Shown one piece after another: positions 40,325 to 50,196 of a stretch of DNA of 64,000 nt (the first letter of the stretch is position 1; each line of letters begins with the position of its first letter). The DNA is from Promethearchaeota archaeon (GTDB taxonomy: Archaea; Asgardarchaeota; Lokiarchaeia; Sigyniarchaeales; SOKP01). A model generated the notes under the pieces. That model made no database searches. It was not told the origin of the DNA and saw only the letters and a program-made list of their open reading frames with translations. A program made the position numbers and the translations under genes. Location of the stretch: assembly GCA_030599585.1 (NCBI GenBank), contig JAUVNS010000004.1:64001-128000 (forward strand). Reading direction: 5' to 3'.

Positions 40325-41140
40325 ATGGCTAAGAAAAAAAAATTTTTAATGATGCCCGTAATTCATTCAAAATTTAACGACAAAGACTTGGAAGATTCAC
40401 TCATCACTACATCGCGAAATCTTTTAACAAAAAAAAAGGGAATCGCCCCTTCCTTCATCTTTCTCTCTGGAAGTTTTTTCGATGTAAAAGGGTTTGTTTA
40501 CACGGGACTTCGAGCGTGGAAAGGGGCAGCAAAACCTTCAGCTAGCGACGAGGGTAGAAGGCCCTTACTAGAAGCTACATTTGCATCGTTATCCGTCTAT
40601 CTCAGCTCTTTACTTGCATTGCAATCAGATTTTTATTTCGCGTACGACGAAATAAAAGAGATATTATTAGAAAAAAAAAGAGAAGATCTATGGGCAATCG
40701 TTTCAGAAAAACTTCCATTTATTTCATTGCCACCTAAAGAGATGTATGGAAGCCAAGTGTCTCCAATATCTCCTTATTTCGTGATCGAACAAGATGATGA
40801 ACTCGTACTAGGGGAAATTTATCCTTCGGCATACTTAACAAAAGTCATCTCTTCGATTAAAACGAGATTTTTTGTGTTCTTTCAATATTTAGGTTATTCC
40901 GCTTTCGGATTTTTCGATTCTTTACCTGAACGCACAAAGTTTGGATTTGAAGAAAAAGCGAGAGAATTTGAAGGAGAACCAACCTCAGAAAATCTTCAAA
41001 AATACGCAAAAAATGCTAAAAACTTAAAAGAAGTACTGATCGCACTCATTGAAGCTCATAACAACGCATATCTCGGACAATACCTAATTGAAGATTATGA
41101 ACTATTATTAAATAAATTACTAGAATCGGAGGAGCTCTAA
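40325..41140 (+). CDS. Hypothetical protein coupled to a small GTPase gene
   Basis: 271-aa ORF ending 1 nt before the GTPase ATG. Confidence 0.7.
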   Translation: MAKKKKFLMMPVIHSKFNDKDLEDSLITTSRNLLTKKKGIAPSFIFLSGSFFDVKGFVYTGLRAWKGAAKPSASDEGRRPLLEATFASLSVYLSSLLALQSDFYFAYDEIKEILLEKKREDLWAIVSEKLPFISLPPKEMYGSQVSPISPYFVIEQDDELVLGEIYPSAYLTKVISSIKTRFFVFFQYLGYSAFGFFDSLPERTKFGFEEKAREFEGEPTSENLQKYAKNAKNLKEVLIALIEAHNNAYLGQYLIEDYELLLNKLLESEEL

Positions 41141-41141
41141 A

Positions 41142-41774
41142 ATGGTGAATATTGGATTACTTGGCGATATTAGCGCTGGTAAAACTAGTATTCTTCGCCT
41201 ATTTGTAAGATACTTAAAAGTTGGAGACATAGAACAAGTAAAAGGGGGGGAAAAATGCGTTACGATAAAAGTGGATTTTTCTGGAGAGGCAACAGTCCCC
41301 GGAGGCGATAAGGAAGATCGCTTAAACCAAAAAGAAACTAAAACAATCCATCCTAATCGAGTGGTATTTAGAGAAGTCAAATCCGGAAGAGCCCATACAA
41401 TCTTCGCACCTGGTGGAGATCGAGCTAGAAGCGTTATTCGAATGGGAATTATAACGATATCCCGAATCGCAACCCAGATAGTAGCGGTTTTTTCATGCGA
41501 TAGACCTCTGAAAACCCAATTTGAGTTTTTTAGGGATGTGAGGTTCTTTCCAGACAATATTAGCGTTTGTATAAATAAGGTTGACCTACTTAAGGGCGAT
41601 CTAAAGGATGAAATAGAGAAATTGGAAGCAGAAATTAAAGATTTTTTCAAGCAGAGAAAAATTACGATCGTAGAGACATTTGTAACATGTGCTGAAAAAA
41701 TGGAAGGGTTCGAGGATGTCCAGATTTACAACGATCGAGTCGCAGAGATGCTCCTAAAAATAACTACTCAATAA
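41142..41774 (+). CDS. Ras-superfamily small GTPase with atypical G3
   Basis: G1 GDISAGKT; G3 region FAPGG (no DxxG); G4 NKVD; G5 TCA. Confidence 0.8.
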   Translation: MVNIGLLGDISAGKTSILRLFVRYLKVGDIEQVKGGEKCVTIKVDFSGEATVPGGDKEDRLNQKETKTIHPNRVVFREVKSGRAHTIFAPGGDRARSVIRMGIITISRIATQIVAVFSCDRPLKTQFEFFRDVRFFPDNISVCINKVDLLKGDLKDEIEKLEAEIKDFFKQRKITIVETFVTCAEKMEGFEDVQIYNDRVAEMLLKITTQ

Positions 41775-41793
41775 CCAATTAATCTTATATCTC

Positions 41794-42309
41794 TTATTCT
41801 TTTAATTTTAAAGCTAACCTTACAAAAAGTTTTTGCAAGTCAAGTTTGTAACCAATAAGAGGAGTTAATCTGATATTAGTAGTTTTTTTATCTAGCTCTA
41901 AAAACCCTTCTTTTTCTAATATTTTTATATCATCTTTGACATCCTTTTTATTTCTCAACGCTCTAATCTCCTGAATTGAGGTATGTCCCGAATTTTTAAG
42001 GCAAGAAGTTAAAACACATAATAGTGTAGCTGATAAACTCGGTCTACCTTCAAAAGGATTAGCAGAAATTAATTCCGTTAGTTCATTATCATAATTTATA
42101 AACCAATGTGAATTTAACGAGTTGAAGATTATTTGAAGTCCCAATGGCTCGAGATATTTAGATAATCCCGTTAATAAATCTTGGAAGTAAATTGATTTGT
42201 TCTTATTCTTAACATTTAATGACTTCAAAATCTCTTTTTTGGTTGCCCCTATATGATGGATGCTTTTTTTTCTACTTAACATATACATTAAAACCGATAT
42301 TTCGTTCAT
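41794..42309 (-). CDS. KITE (ScpB/Nse3-like) tandem winged-helix protein
   Basis: 171 aa with two WH-like halves (LSKYLEPLGLQI..HWFI; DIKILEKEGFLE..IRLTP); last gene of the smc run. Confidence 0.65.
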   Translation of the reverse strand: MNEISVLMYMLSRKKSIHHIGATKKEILKSLNVKNKNKSIYFQDLLTGLSKYLEPLGLQIIFNSLNSHWFINYDNELTELISANPFEGRPSLSATLLCVLTSCLKNSGHTSIQEIRALRNKKDVKDDIKILEKEGFLELDKKTTNIRLTPLIGYKLDLQKLFVRLALKLKE

Positions 42310-42322
42310 TTATTAAATAACC

Positions 42323-42976
42323 TCATATGTATAGCGTATTTGTATCTTTTTGATATTTTATTTTGCCTAACTGGAGTAGATGTAAAAGGTATACGAATTG
42401 TTCATAAATCTCTATTTGATCCAACTCGTTATCGAACACATCTTCAAAAAAGCAAGGAAGTTTTTTTTTAATTTTGTCATAAAAAGCGCTAATCTTTTCC
42501 GTATATTTATACTTTGGAACTTCTAGTAAAAATTGATCGTTAGTTTCCTCTCTAGTCAAGTGTTCAATTGTAAAATGCGTTATCCTTTCTTTGATATAAC
42601 GATTAGAAGCGTAATCTAGAAATTTCAAAGAAATTGGTTCGAAATGAAATGTTTCTCTCCAACACCCGCGAAATATGTCGGATATTTGGTCCTCGTTGGG
42701 GTGAGTTTTCAAAAAATCTTCAAACTTCTTTTCTATATCTAACGAACTTAGCAAATTCTTTAACTCTTCAAATTTATCGTTGAGCAATTCAACTGCACTT
42801 TTAAAGCTTTGCGAATAATTTTCGATATTGTATATGCTAATTGAGTTCTTAATTTCGCTAAAAATAGGATTAAGTTGTAACTCTAATAAATTAATCTTAC
42901 CTGAGAGGACATCATCTTTTATAAGCGCTATCCTTTTATTGATTTTTTCTGATAAATCTAATTCCTCCACTTTCAC
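42323..42976 (-). CDS. Kleisin (ScpA/Nse4-like)
   Basis: GKINLLELQL..SAVELLNDK N-terminal motif; FEDVF..FVYLLHLLQLGKI C-terminal WH; overlaps the smc stop (GTGA). Confidence 0.72.
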   Translation of the reverse strand: MKVEELDLSEKINKRIALIKDDVLSGKINLLELQLNPIFSEIKNSISIYNIENYSQSFKSAVELLNDKFEELKNLLSSLDIEKKFEDFLKTHPNEDQISDIFRGCWRETFHFEPISLKFLDYASNRYIKERITHFTIEHLTREETNDQFLLEVPKYKYTEKISAFYDKIKKKLPCFFEDVFDNELDQIEIYEQFVYLLHLLQLGKIKYQKDTNTLYI

Positions 42977-45900
42977 CCTTCCTTAACGATTTTAGGATTA
43001 AAAATAGTCGACACTTCATTTTTTCCTACTCTAGCAACTCCAATTAACTTGTCTGCAAGAAGATAAAGAGCGTTTGATGATTTTGGTAAGAATAGTAGCA
43101 TTTGAATAGAATTATTCTCAAGAGTTGATTTTATCATGGTATACGAAGCTTCCGAATTCCTATCATCCAAAAACATCCCAGCTTCGTCAAGCATTACAAT
43201 AGGTGAGCTTTTAATCTCTAAAAGGGATAAAATTAACCCAATAGATATCATGGAAATCTGACCTCCGCTTAAAGCCTTGCATGATTTTAACTGATCCTTA
43301 GAGATTGCAGCTTTAATCTCTATTCCTAAATCTTCAAATTTCCCTATTAACTCAAGCGTACAATAAGCTTTAATATCCGTAGACTTAAATTTATCATTGA
43401 TTCTCGAATTTAGTTTTTTTAAAACTAGATGGAATTTGTCGAAATAAGTGTCTTCCAATTTATTTTCAGTTTTAATCGCCGATTTTATATCTATTTCTAT
43501 CTCTCTCTGATTTTTTGTAATTTCTTTTAAACCCTTTAGAATTTGTTCTTTTTCGACCAAGATACTATCATCTATATCGAAATATTTCAAGAGCTCTTTG
43601 TCGATGTTCAATAAATCTCGATTTATCTCTTGAATAGGTCGAAGTGATATTACTTCTTCTTCAATTAACGGACCAATTTCAGATATGACTCGCTTTAAGT
43701 CATCTTCTTTGACCCCTAATTCGCGTGAAATTGAAGTCTGCTTAAAAATCTCTTGTTCTAACCTTAAATTTAGTTGAATATAAGAAGAATCAATTTCTTT
43801 CTTTTCATTCAGGGTTATTTTTTTCTTTTCTTTTAACTCTGAGATGACATTGTTGACATTTAATAATTCTTCTTCAAGGTTTTCCAAGGCTGTATAAATT
43901 CTAAAAGCTTTTTTATCTGACTTTTCGAACGCGTCTTTTTTTGAATTATAATTATCTTCAGATGACTTTAAATCGCTGCTTTGGTAATTAATTTCCTCAC
44001 TGATCTCTTTTAGAGATTCGAGGTTTTCATTAAATTTTTCTTCCCATTTTTTTAATTCGTTGTTGTAATTATTTAGTTCACCGGGAATTTCCTTTATTCT
44101 TTTGTTCCATTCAAAGAATTCGGGGTCTTTCTGAGACTCTAAATCGTTGAGTTTTTGGGACACTTCGTTTAGGTTGTCATCAAACTCTTTATTACGCTGT
44201 TCTAAAGAGTAAATCAAGTTATAATGATGATTCTTCTTAGTAGTTAACCTTTCTTTTTGTTTAAAATTGAATAGAAGATCGGTAAAAGATTCTTTTTTTC
44301 TGAGGATTTCGTTTTGGTTCTTATCAAGTTTAGTTAGGTCTACTTTTAATTCTAAAATTTTGCTGTTTAACGATTTGATTTCTTTCTCCAAGAAATTTGA
44401 TTGCTCTTTCTGCGTTCCTGCGCTCAACAAGCCTTTTAACCTTTTTACATGAGGACTTTCGTAGACATATTTATAAGATATAATTTGTTTCCCTTGTAAT
44501 GTCACACATTTTCCCTTAAAACTACTGGTTCTGTAAATTTCTTTAGCGGACTGGTAGTCATCAACTACAATGCAATTTTTGATTATCGAATAAATAACCT
44601 TTTGGACATCGGAGTCTCCATTAATAATTTCAACCAGTTCGACTAAATACCCGATTACACCATTCGCAGCGATTTTTGGAAATGCTGTAATGTTGCTTTT
44701 TTTTGGAATATAAATGTTACAATATGCGTTATATTTCTTTTTTAGCCGCTCCATTAAATTTAATGTATCCCAATCACTCGTAATAAAGCTATTTAGTAAT
44801 CTTTCTCCAAAAACAGATTCAATTGCGTAGCTTAACTTATCATCATATTTTAGGTATTCAATTATAGGGCCCTTAACTCGATCTGATAATTCTCGTTTAC
44901 TAATTTCTTCTTTGAGAATGTTAATATTAGGCGAGAGTACAATTTTTCGTTCTCTTAACGCAGTTTGTATTCGTTTAAATTCTCTTATTTTTTTAGACTT
45001 ATCATATTCTATTCTTTCAATTTCAGCTTCAAATTTTAGTAGCTCTACTGTCACTTTTTTAAGATTTATGTCTAACTGTTTTAGTAGATCCTCTGAAGGG
45101 TTTTCTAAAAACCATTTGTTTTTAGATAACTTGTGGTCGATATCCTTCAAACTCTGAAAAATGTCGTTAATATCTTTTTTAATATCTTCAACATTATTTT
45201 CGTTTTCTTGAATGGTTCTTAGAATAACTTCCCTCTGCTGCGATAATTTGTTGTACTTCTCTAAAAAAGCTTCATTCTCTTTAATTTTCCTTATTAAATC
45301 ACTCTGTTCCTTGATAATACCATCGATTTCGTTTTTAATAAAATCTTTTTTTTTTTTAATTACATCGATTTTCTCGTCAACATTCTTTTTCTGATTTCGA
45401 ATATTCTCTAAGTTTTTCTTTTTTTCTGCTATGGTTTCTGCTAGTTTATCCAAGTCACTCATAGCATTAATTTTCTCTTTTTGCCAAGCACTAATTTCAT
45501 TTATAAATTCCTGTTTCTTATACCCTAATACACCTAACTTTTCTGAAAAAATGCTAATCTTGTTATCAATATCAAGAATAGTTTTCTCTTTTTCATTGAT
45601 TTTATTTTGATATTCATCAACTTCTTTTCTGTTAATGTCAATTTGGTTTTCGATTTCATTAAGCTTGACTTCTAATTCTTCAATTTCTTTTTGTAGTTCT
45701 CCTTTATTTGCCCAAAGTAACTCATCTGTGTATTTTTTTCTAATATCTAATAATTTATTTTTCTCGGTCAATCGTTTTAATTGTGGTGTCAACAGATCCA
45801 AGTTAATATTTAGAGCATTTTTTCTTGAAATTAACGATTGAAATTCAGCGTTTAATGCCAATACGCCTTTTTTTTGTTGGAGGATTTCATCTCTAAGTCC

Positions 45901-46464
45901 TTTTAATCCAATTCCCTCTTCTAGAAATGAGCAAAGTTCTATTGGTTTTAAATTTTTTATAGCATCAATTTTTCCTTGGCTTACGAACGCAAACTGATTA
46001 TCAGGATTGATATCTAGCTTGGAGACTAGTTTTTGAACTTCAGTTACGTGAGCTTTCTTGAATTCTTTGTCCTTATCAAGTTGTAATTCAAAAAAAGGGG
46101 ATTTCCCTTTTACTACAGTTCTTCGAATTTTAATAATCTCGGTGTGATGTTGAATGTGAAGCTCTACCATAGCGTGTGCTTGGTCGTTTCTTATAAAATC
46201 AGACCATTTTTTATATCTTTCATCTCTTTCGTTACTCCCTAAAGCAAATTTAATAGCTTGAAAAATTGAAGTCTTACCGCTCCAATTCGGACCAATTATT
46301 AAAACAAAACGAGGAATACCTTTATTTTTTTCAGTTGAAAAATTTACTTCATCCCTTTGGAAAGATAAAAAATTCTCTAATATAACCTTGCGTATATAGG
46401 TACCAGTCTCGATTAGTGATTTATCTTGGGTGTCAGTAGTGTTTTTCTTACTGGAAGAAGCCGT
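42973..46464 (-). CDS. smc: SMC ATPase, Smc5/6-like (1163 aa, probable ACG start)
   Basis: The frame extends 98 codons past the track start and contains YIRKVILENFLSF and Walker A GPNWSGKT. Q-loop INPDNQFAFVSQGKI; hinge VKGPIIEYL..AIESVFG..LNSFI; LSGGQ; LDEAGMFLD. Confidence 0.9.
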   Translation of the reverse strand, partial: TASSSKKNTTDTQDKSLIETGTYIRKVILENFLSFQRDEVNFSTEKNKGIPRFVLIIGPNWSGKTSIFQAIKFALGSNERDERYKKWSDFIRNDQAHAMVELHIQHHTEIIKIRRTVVKGKSPFFELQLDKDKEFKKAHVTEVQKLVSKLDINPDNQFAFVSQGKIDAIKNLKPIELCSFLEEGIGLKGLRDEILQQKKGVLALNAEFQSLISRKNALNINLDLLTPQLKRLTEKNKLLDIRKKYTDELLWANKGELQKEIEELEVKLNEIENQIDINRKEVDEYQNKINEKEKTILDIDNKISIFSEKLGVLGYKKQEFINEISAWQKEKINAMSDLDKLAETIAEKKKNLENIRNQKKNVDEKIDVIKKKKDFIKNEIDGIIKEQSDLIRKIKENEAFLEKYNKLSQQREVILRTIQENENNVEDIKKDINDIFQSLKDIDHKLSKNKWFLENPSEDLLKQLDINLKKVTVELLKFEAEIERIEYDKSKKIREFKRIQTALRERKIVLSPNINILKEEISKRELSDRVKGPIIEYLKYDDKLSYAIESVFGERLLNSFITSDWDTLNLMERLKKKYNAYCNIYIPKKSNITAFPKIAANGVIGYLVELVEIINGDSDVQKVIYSIIKNCIVVDDYQSAKEIYRTSSFKGKCVTLQGKQIISYKYVYESPHVKRLKGLLSAGTQKEQSNFLEKEIKSLNSKILELKVDLTKLDKNQNEILRKKESFTDLLFNFKQKERLTTKKNHHYNLIYSLEQRNKEFDDNLNEVSQKLNDLESQKDPEFFEWNKRIKEIPGELNNYNNELKKWEEKFNENLESLKEISEEINYQSSDLKSSEDNYNSKKDAFEKSDKKAFRIYTALENLEEELLNVNNVISELKEKKKITLNEKKEIDSSYIQLNLRLEQEIFKQTSISRELGVKEDDLKRVISEIGPLIEEEVISLRPIQEINRDLLNIDKELLKYFDIDDSILVEKEQILKGLKEITKNQREIEIDIKSAIKTENKLEDTYFDKFHLVLKKLNSRINDKFKSTDIKAYCTLELIGKFEDLGIEIKAAISKDQLKSCKALSGGQISMISIGLILSLLEIKSSPIVMLDEAGMFLDDRNSEASYTMIKSTLENNSIQMLLFLPKSSNALYLLADKLIGVARVGKNEVSTIFNPKIVKEG

Positions 46465-46484
46465 CTTTTATCTCACCTACTTAC

Positions 46485-47768
46485 TTAATACTTTCCAAAC
46501 GCTCTCTTTAAATTATCGATACGTTTCTTTGCTTTTTCTAAATTGATTTGAGCCATCTTTGGACTATCGTTTAGAATAAACGCATATTTTGCCATTATTT
46601 TTCTCTCAATTTCTTCTAAATGCTCGTTCTTGTTTAATTTATCAATTATCAGCACAAGCTCGCTGTAATTTTTTGATACTGCGTTTTCGTACAACTGATT
46701 TAACATAAAATCTGTGAATCTTTCCTCTTTAATTTCATTCCTTAAATTTTGAGCGTAAACATTTCTATTTTCTGCATTTCTTCCATACATAGAATTTTTG
46801 TTAGAAAATTCATCGCTTTTGAAGAACTCTGAATCTTTTATATTTTGTTTCGTTTCTGGAGTAGTAGGAATATACTCTCCTGATTCAATCAAATTAATCA
46901 AGCCATCGGTAATTTCATTACTCGACTCATTTAATTCAGAATTGAGAAAATGTTTAAATATCCCTATTCTTAATAGTTGAATTAAGTCTTTTACCTCCCA
47001 AGTTTCTGTGTAATCTACTAATGTCTTGATATCAAACACAATTTTCGGATTTTTTTCAGAAAAAGCTCTAAATATCGTTTCTCTTTCCGCCTTATCTAAA
47101 ATTGGAACTTTGATAAAAAAATCAAACACATCAAAAATCAATTGCGAACTTTCTTTGATTTCCTTCATTGTATTATTTATCCAGATTAATATCAATCCAT
47201 CTTTTACAAAATTTGCCCTATTCTTATAGGATACCATAAAAAGTTCTAACAAATTTTTCCCATTTAAGTTAAGGCTGGAAAATTTCTGTTGGTCTAAAAC
47301 TAATAATCCTTTTATTTTAGATTGTTCAGGATCGTGTTCATTTGATTGAGGTTTTTCGTTGTTTTTTGTTTCATTTTCTCTATTCTTCACCGTTCGTTTT
47401 ATTACATCCTCTAAAATGTCAATTAGATTAGAAATAAAGACGTCAGGAGCCTTGACGATTTCCTCACGATTCAATTCAAAGAAATTTAAATAGTAATTTT
47501 TAGATATTAATTTTAAATAATCTACGATATCAGTTCCAGGATTTACTTTTATCAATATCGCACCTTTAGGGTGAATAAACTTATCATAACTCTGAACAAC
47601 TGATTCCTCGTCATTTGTTAAAACAATTTTCAGATAATTTATAATATCGTTATACTTATCTCGATAAAAAATCTCCTCTCTATCAATTTCAATTTCATTT
47701 GGTGTAATTACCCGATAGTACTTAGAGAATTCTATATCGTTATCTATATCTTCCATAGAGAAGTTCAT
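46485..47768 (-). CDS. Degenerate (probably ATPase-dead) AAA+ fold protein
   Basis: PKGAILIKVNPGTDIV (cf. PKGILLYGPPGTGKT), FDFFIKVPILDKAERETIF, DIKTLVDYTETWEVKDL (cf. lid motif LAxxTEGFSGADI). Confidence 0.65.
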   Translation of the reverse strand: MNFSMEDIDNDIEFSKYYRVITPNEIEIDREEIFYRDKYNDIINYLKIVLTNDEESVVQSYDKFIHPKGAILIKVNPGTDIVDYLKLISKNYYLNFFELNREEIVKAPDVFISNLIDILEDVIKRTVKNRENETKNNEKPQSNEHDPEQSKIKGLLVLDQQKFSSLNLNGKNLLELFMVSYKNRANFVKDGLILIWINNTMKEIKESSQLIFDVFDFFIKVPILDKAERETIFRAFSEKNPKIVFDIKTLVDYTETWEVKDLIQLLRIGIFKHFLNSELNESSNEITDGLINLIESGEYIPTTPETKQNIKDSEFFKSDEFSNKNSMYGRNAENRNVYAQNLRNEIKEERFTDFMLNQLYENAVSKNYSELVLIIDKLNKNEHLEEIERKIMAKYAFILNDSPKMAQINLEKAKKRIDNLKRAFGKY

Positions 47769-47865
47769 CTAACTGTTATTTATTTTTTTTTAACATTATT
47801 TCCATGTCAATTCTCACATATATATTTAGCGTTTGATAATCTGCCGACAAAAACTCATACATTTA

Positions 47866-47902
47866 AATATCATAATTTAGAATATCATAATTTAGAATAT
47901 CA
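47866..47902. repeat. 15-bp tandem repeat (AATATCATAATTTAG x2.5)
   Basis: Perfect tandem copies upstream of the AAA-like gene. Confidence 0.8.
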
Positions 47903-48009
47903 ACATCTTAATTAAGTTCAACAAGAAAGTGTTAATAAAATAAAGAGAGATAAATAATTTACAATAATATTGAGTATTAATAAAAAAAAGAGTAGAAATT
48001 AAAAATATT

Positions 48010-48267
48010 TTATTTTTTTCCGCCAGTACCATGCATACAGAAAAATCCGCCTTCTAGTTCGTACTTTGGAAATAATCCACAACCAAAGCAACTACAACCA
48101 TAATCCTTAACTTCGGACATTGGTTTTTCAGTTTTTCCACGGGAACAAAACAATGCATGTGGCTCAAATTCGTTTAATTTATTAGGTTTGAACGATGGAC
48201 AAGGACCACAGAATTTACGACATTCACTCATACTTTCCTCGTCATCGGGAACCGGTTTTGGAGTCAT
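48010..48267 (-). CDS. DUF2769-like Cys-rich small protein
   Basis: C..CGPCPSF..LFCSRGK..GCSCFGC..Y.L..FFC..G. Confidence 0.78.
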   Translation of the reverse strand: MTPKPVPDDEESMSECRKFCGPCPSFKPNKLNEFEPHALFCSRGKTEKPMSEVKDYGCSCFGCGLFPKYELEGGFFCMHGTGGKK

Positions 48268-48431
48268 ATTACTTAAACCTATATTTAGATGTGTTTTTAA
48301 TATTTATTAAAATTCTAATTACTATCGAAATGTCCTTTTTAGCTATTAAATTTAATATTTATAGATTATTAATTTTTAGGCGTATTGATACTTCCTTGAT
48401 GTATTCAACACAAAAAATGGTTAGAATTAAT

Positions 48432-48824
48432 TCATTCTAAAGCTAAATTTTGATTAAAAGTTGTTAAGTTATTCTTCAATTCTTCTTTAAATAGGTGGTA
48501 GAAGGTGAATTTCTGCTTTTTATATCCTTGAATTAACCCCACAGCAACTAACTTTCTTAAATGATGAGATATTGTTGATTGTGATTTATTCAATATCGTT
48601 TCTAACTCACAAACGCACCTATCTTGCTTTTTCAAGGCATTAATAATGATTAGTCGCTCTTTTGATGCAATTGCAGATGTAAATCTTTCAATAGCGTCTA
48701 AATTCTTATTCTCTTCCAACATTTTGCCCAATTTTAGTAACTTATCGAAATCAGGGTTTGAATCTGAACAATCTTTACAGTCACATAACATCTTTTTAAT
48801 TTCTTGAGCTCTTTTTTGTTTCAT
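48432..48824 (-). CDS. arsR: ArsR/SmtB-family repressor with As(III)-type alpha3 site
   Basis: RLIII..L, CVCELE, SQSTISHHLRKL..GLI; extra N-terminal CDCKDC. Confidence 0.92.
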   Translation of the reverse strand: MKQKRAQEIKKMLCDCKDCSDSNPDFDKLLKLGKMLEENKNLDAIERFTSAIASKERLIIINALKKQDRCVCELETILNKSQSTISHHLRKLVAVGLIQGYKKQKFTFYHLFKEELKNNLTTFNQNLALE

Positions 48825-49037
48825 AAGGTGCCAATTTTAAAAATATCTCTTGTATATATAGAATGAATAAATCGATAAATATAAATTTATAGGATTTGAA
48901 GCTCCATATTCACTCAAATCGATAACCTTAAATTTAACGTAGAATATTATATCTCAAGTTTCATCAACAAATAACATGAATTTTATAACTAAAATCAAAA
49001 AGGAATATAGAGTTAAAAAAGATAATTCAAAACCAGA

Positions 49038-50159
49038 TTGATGCTTATGGTTGAAGATGGTATTGAAAGTGAAGCAATAAATAATTTAGATAAATCAGAA
49101 GAAGCAAAACAAAAATCAAGAAAGATTAATTATTTCGAAAAGCTTCTTCCGATTTGGGTGGTACTATGTATCATCATTGGTATACTTCTCTCCCAATTTA
49201 TACCCGAATTAAGTCAAGCAATAAATTCTTTGCAAATTGGAGGTATTTCTATACCAATTGGAATTTGTTTGTTTTTAATGATGTACCCTGCGATGTTAAA
49301 TCTACAAGCATCAGAATTAAAAAAACTACGCAAAAACCCAAAACCTATAGTATTAACATTAATTTCTAATTGGCTCATTGCTCCTTTTGTGGGTTTGGCG
49401 ATGATTAATATATTTCTACCTGGTACAACCGAAGATATACAACAATTAAAAGTTGCGATAATTTTACTCTCAAGTTCGCCTTGTACAGCTATGGTGTTAG
49501 TGTGGGGATGGATGGCAAAAGGTAATCAAGAACAAAATGTAGTTAATACAAGCTTAAATACGATTACTATAATCTTTTTGTACGTAGGAATGGTTTCTTT
49601 ATTAACTAGCATTCAAAATATTCTCACGCCTGGGATTGTTGTTGATCCATGGTTGTTGTTAATCTCTTTAGTATTCTTCATTGGTATTCCGTTGTTATTA
49701 GGAATTGTAAGCAAGAGATTAATTATCACTTCGAAAGGATTATCGTGGTTTAATGATAGCTATAAACCATTTGTAGGAAAAATTTCAATTGTTGCTTTAT
49801 TGACAACTTTAGTGGTTTTGTTTTCCCTAAATGGCGATGTTCTTATAAATAATCCTGATTTGCTGCTACTAATCTCAATTCCACTCTTAGTAGGTTTTGT
49901 AATAGTGGTTGCTTACAACGTTTTTATTACTAAGATTTTTAAAATGAAGTATAAAGAAGCGATTATAACAATAATTATCGGCTCATCTAGTCACTTTGAA
50001 ATTGCTATCGCAACAGCCGTCGCAATGTATGGCGTTGGGTCCATAGCGGCTTTAGGAACTACAATGGGTTTATTTTGGGAAGTACCTGTTATGCTAGCAA
50101 TGGTATATCTTGGAAAATTCCTTGGGAAACGAGGATTTTGGAAATCTAATTCAAATTAA
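49038..50159 (+). CDS. acr3: Acr3-family arsenite efflux transporter
   Basis: LFLMMYPAM, NWLIAPF, PCTAMVLVW, SSHFEIAIA, EVPVML. Confidence 0.93.
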   Translation: MMLMVEDGIESEAINNLDKSEEAKQKSRKINYFEKLLPIWVVLCIIIGILLSQFIPELSQAINSLQIGGISIPIGICLFLMMYPAMLNLQASELKKLRKNPKPIVLTLISNWLIAPFVGLAMINIFLPGTTEDIQQLKVAIILLSSSPCTAMVLVWGWMAKGNQEQNVVNTSLNTITIIFLYVGMVSLLTSIQNILTPGIVVDPWLLLISLVFFIGIPLLLGIVSKRLIITSKGLSWFNDSYKPFVGKISIVALLTTLVVLFSLNGDVLINNPDLLLLISIPLLVGFVIVVAYNVFITKIFKMKYKEAIITIIIGSSSHFEIAIATAVAMYGVGSIAALGTTMGLFWEVPVMLAMVYLGKFLGKRGFWKSNSN

Positions 50160-50196
50160 CAAAAACATATTAAAAAACTAAATAGGATTGATAATA

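Noticed and set aside
41794-47768. Wadjet (JetABCD) defence system
   Set aside because: No Toprim JetD nuclease; SMC motifs and gene order fit an Smc5/6-like/ScpAB arrangement better.
47866-47902. Possible mini-CRISPR
   Set aside because: Contiguous tandem copies with no spacers and no cas genes.
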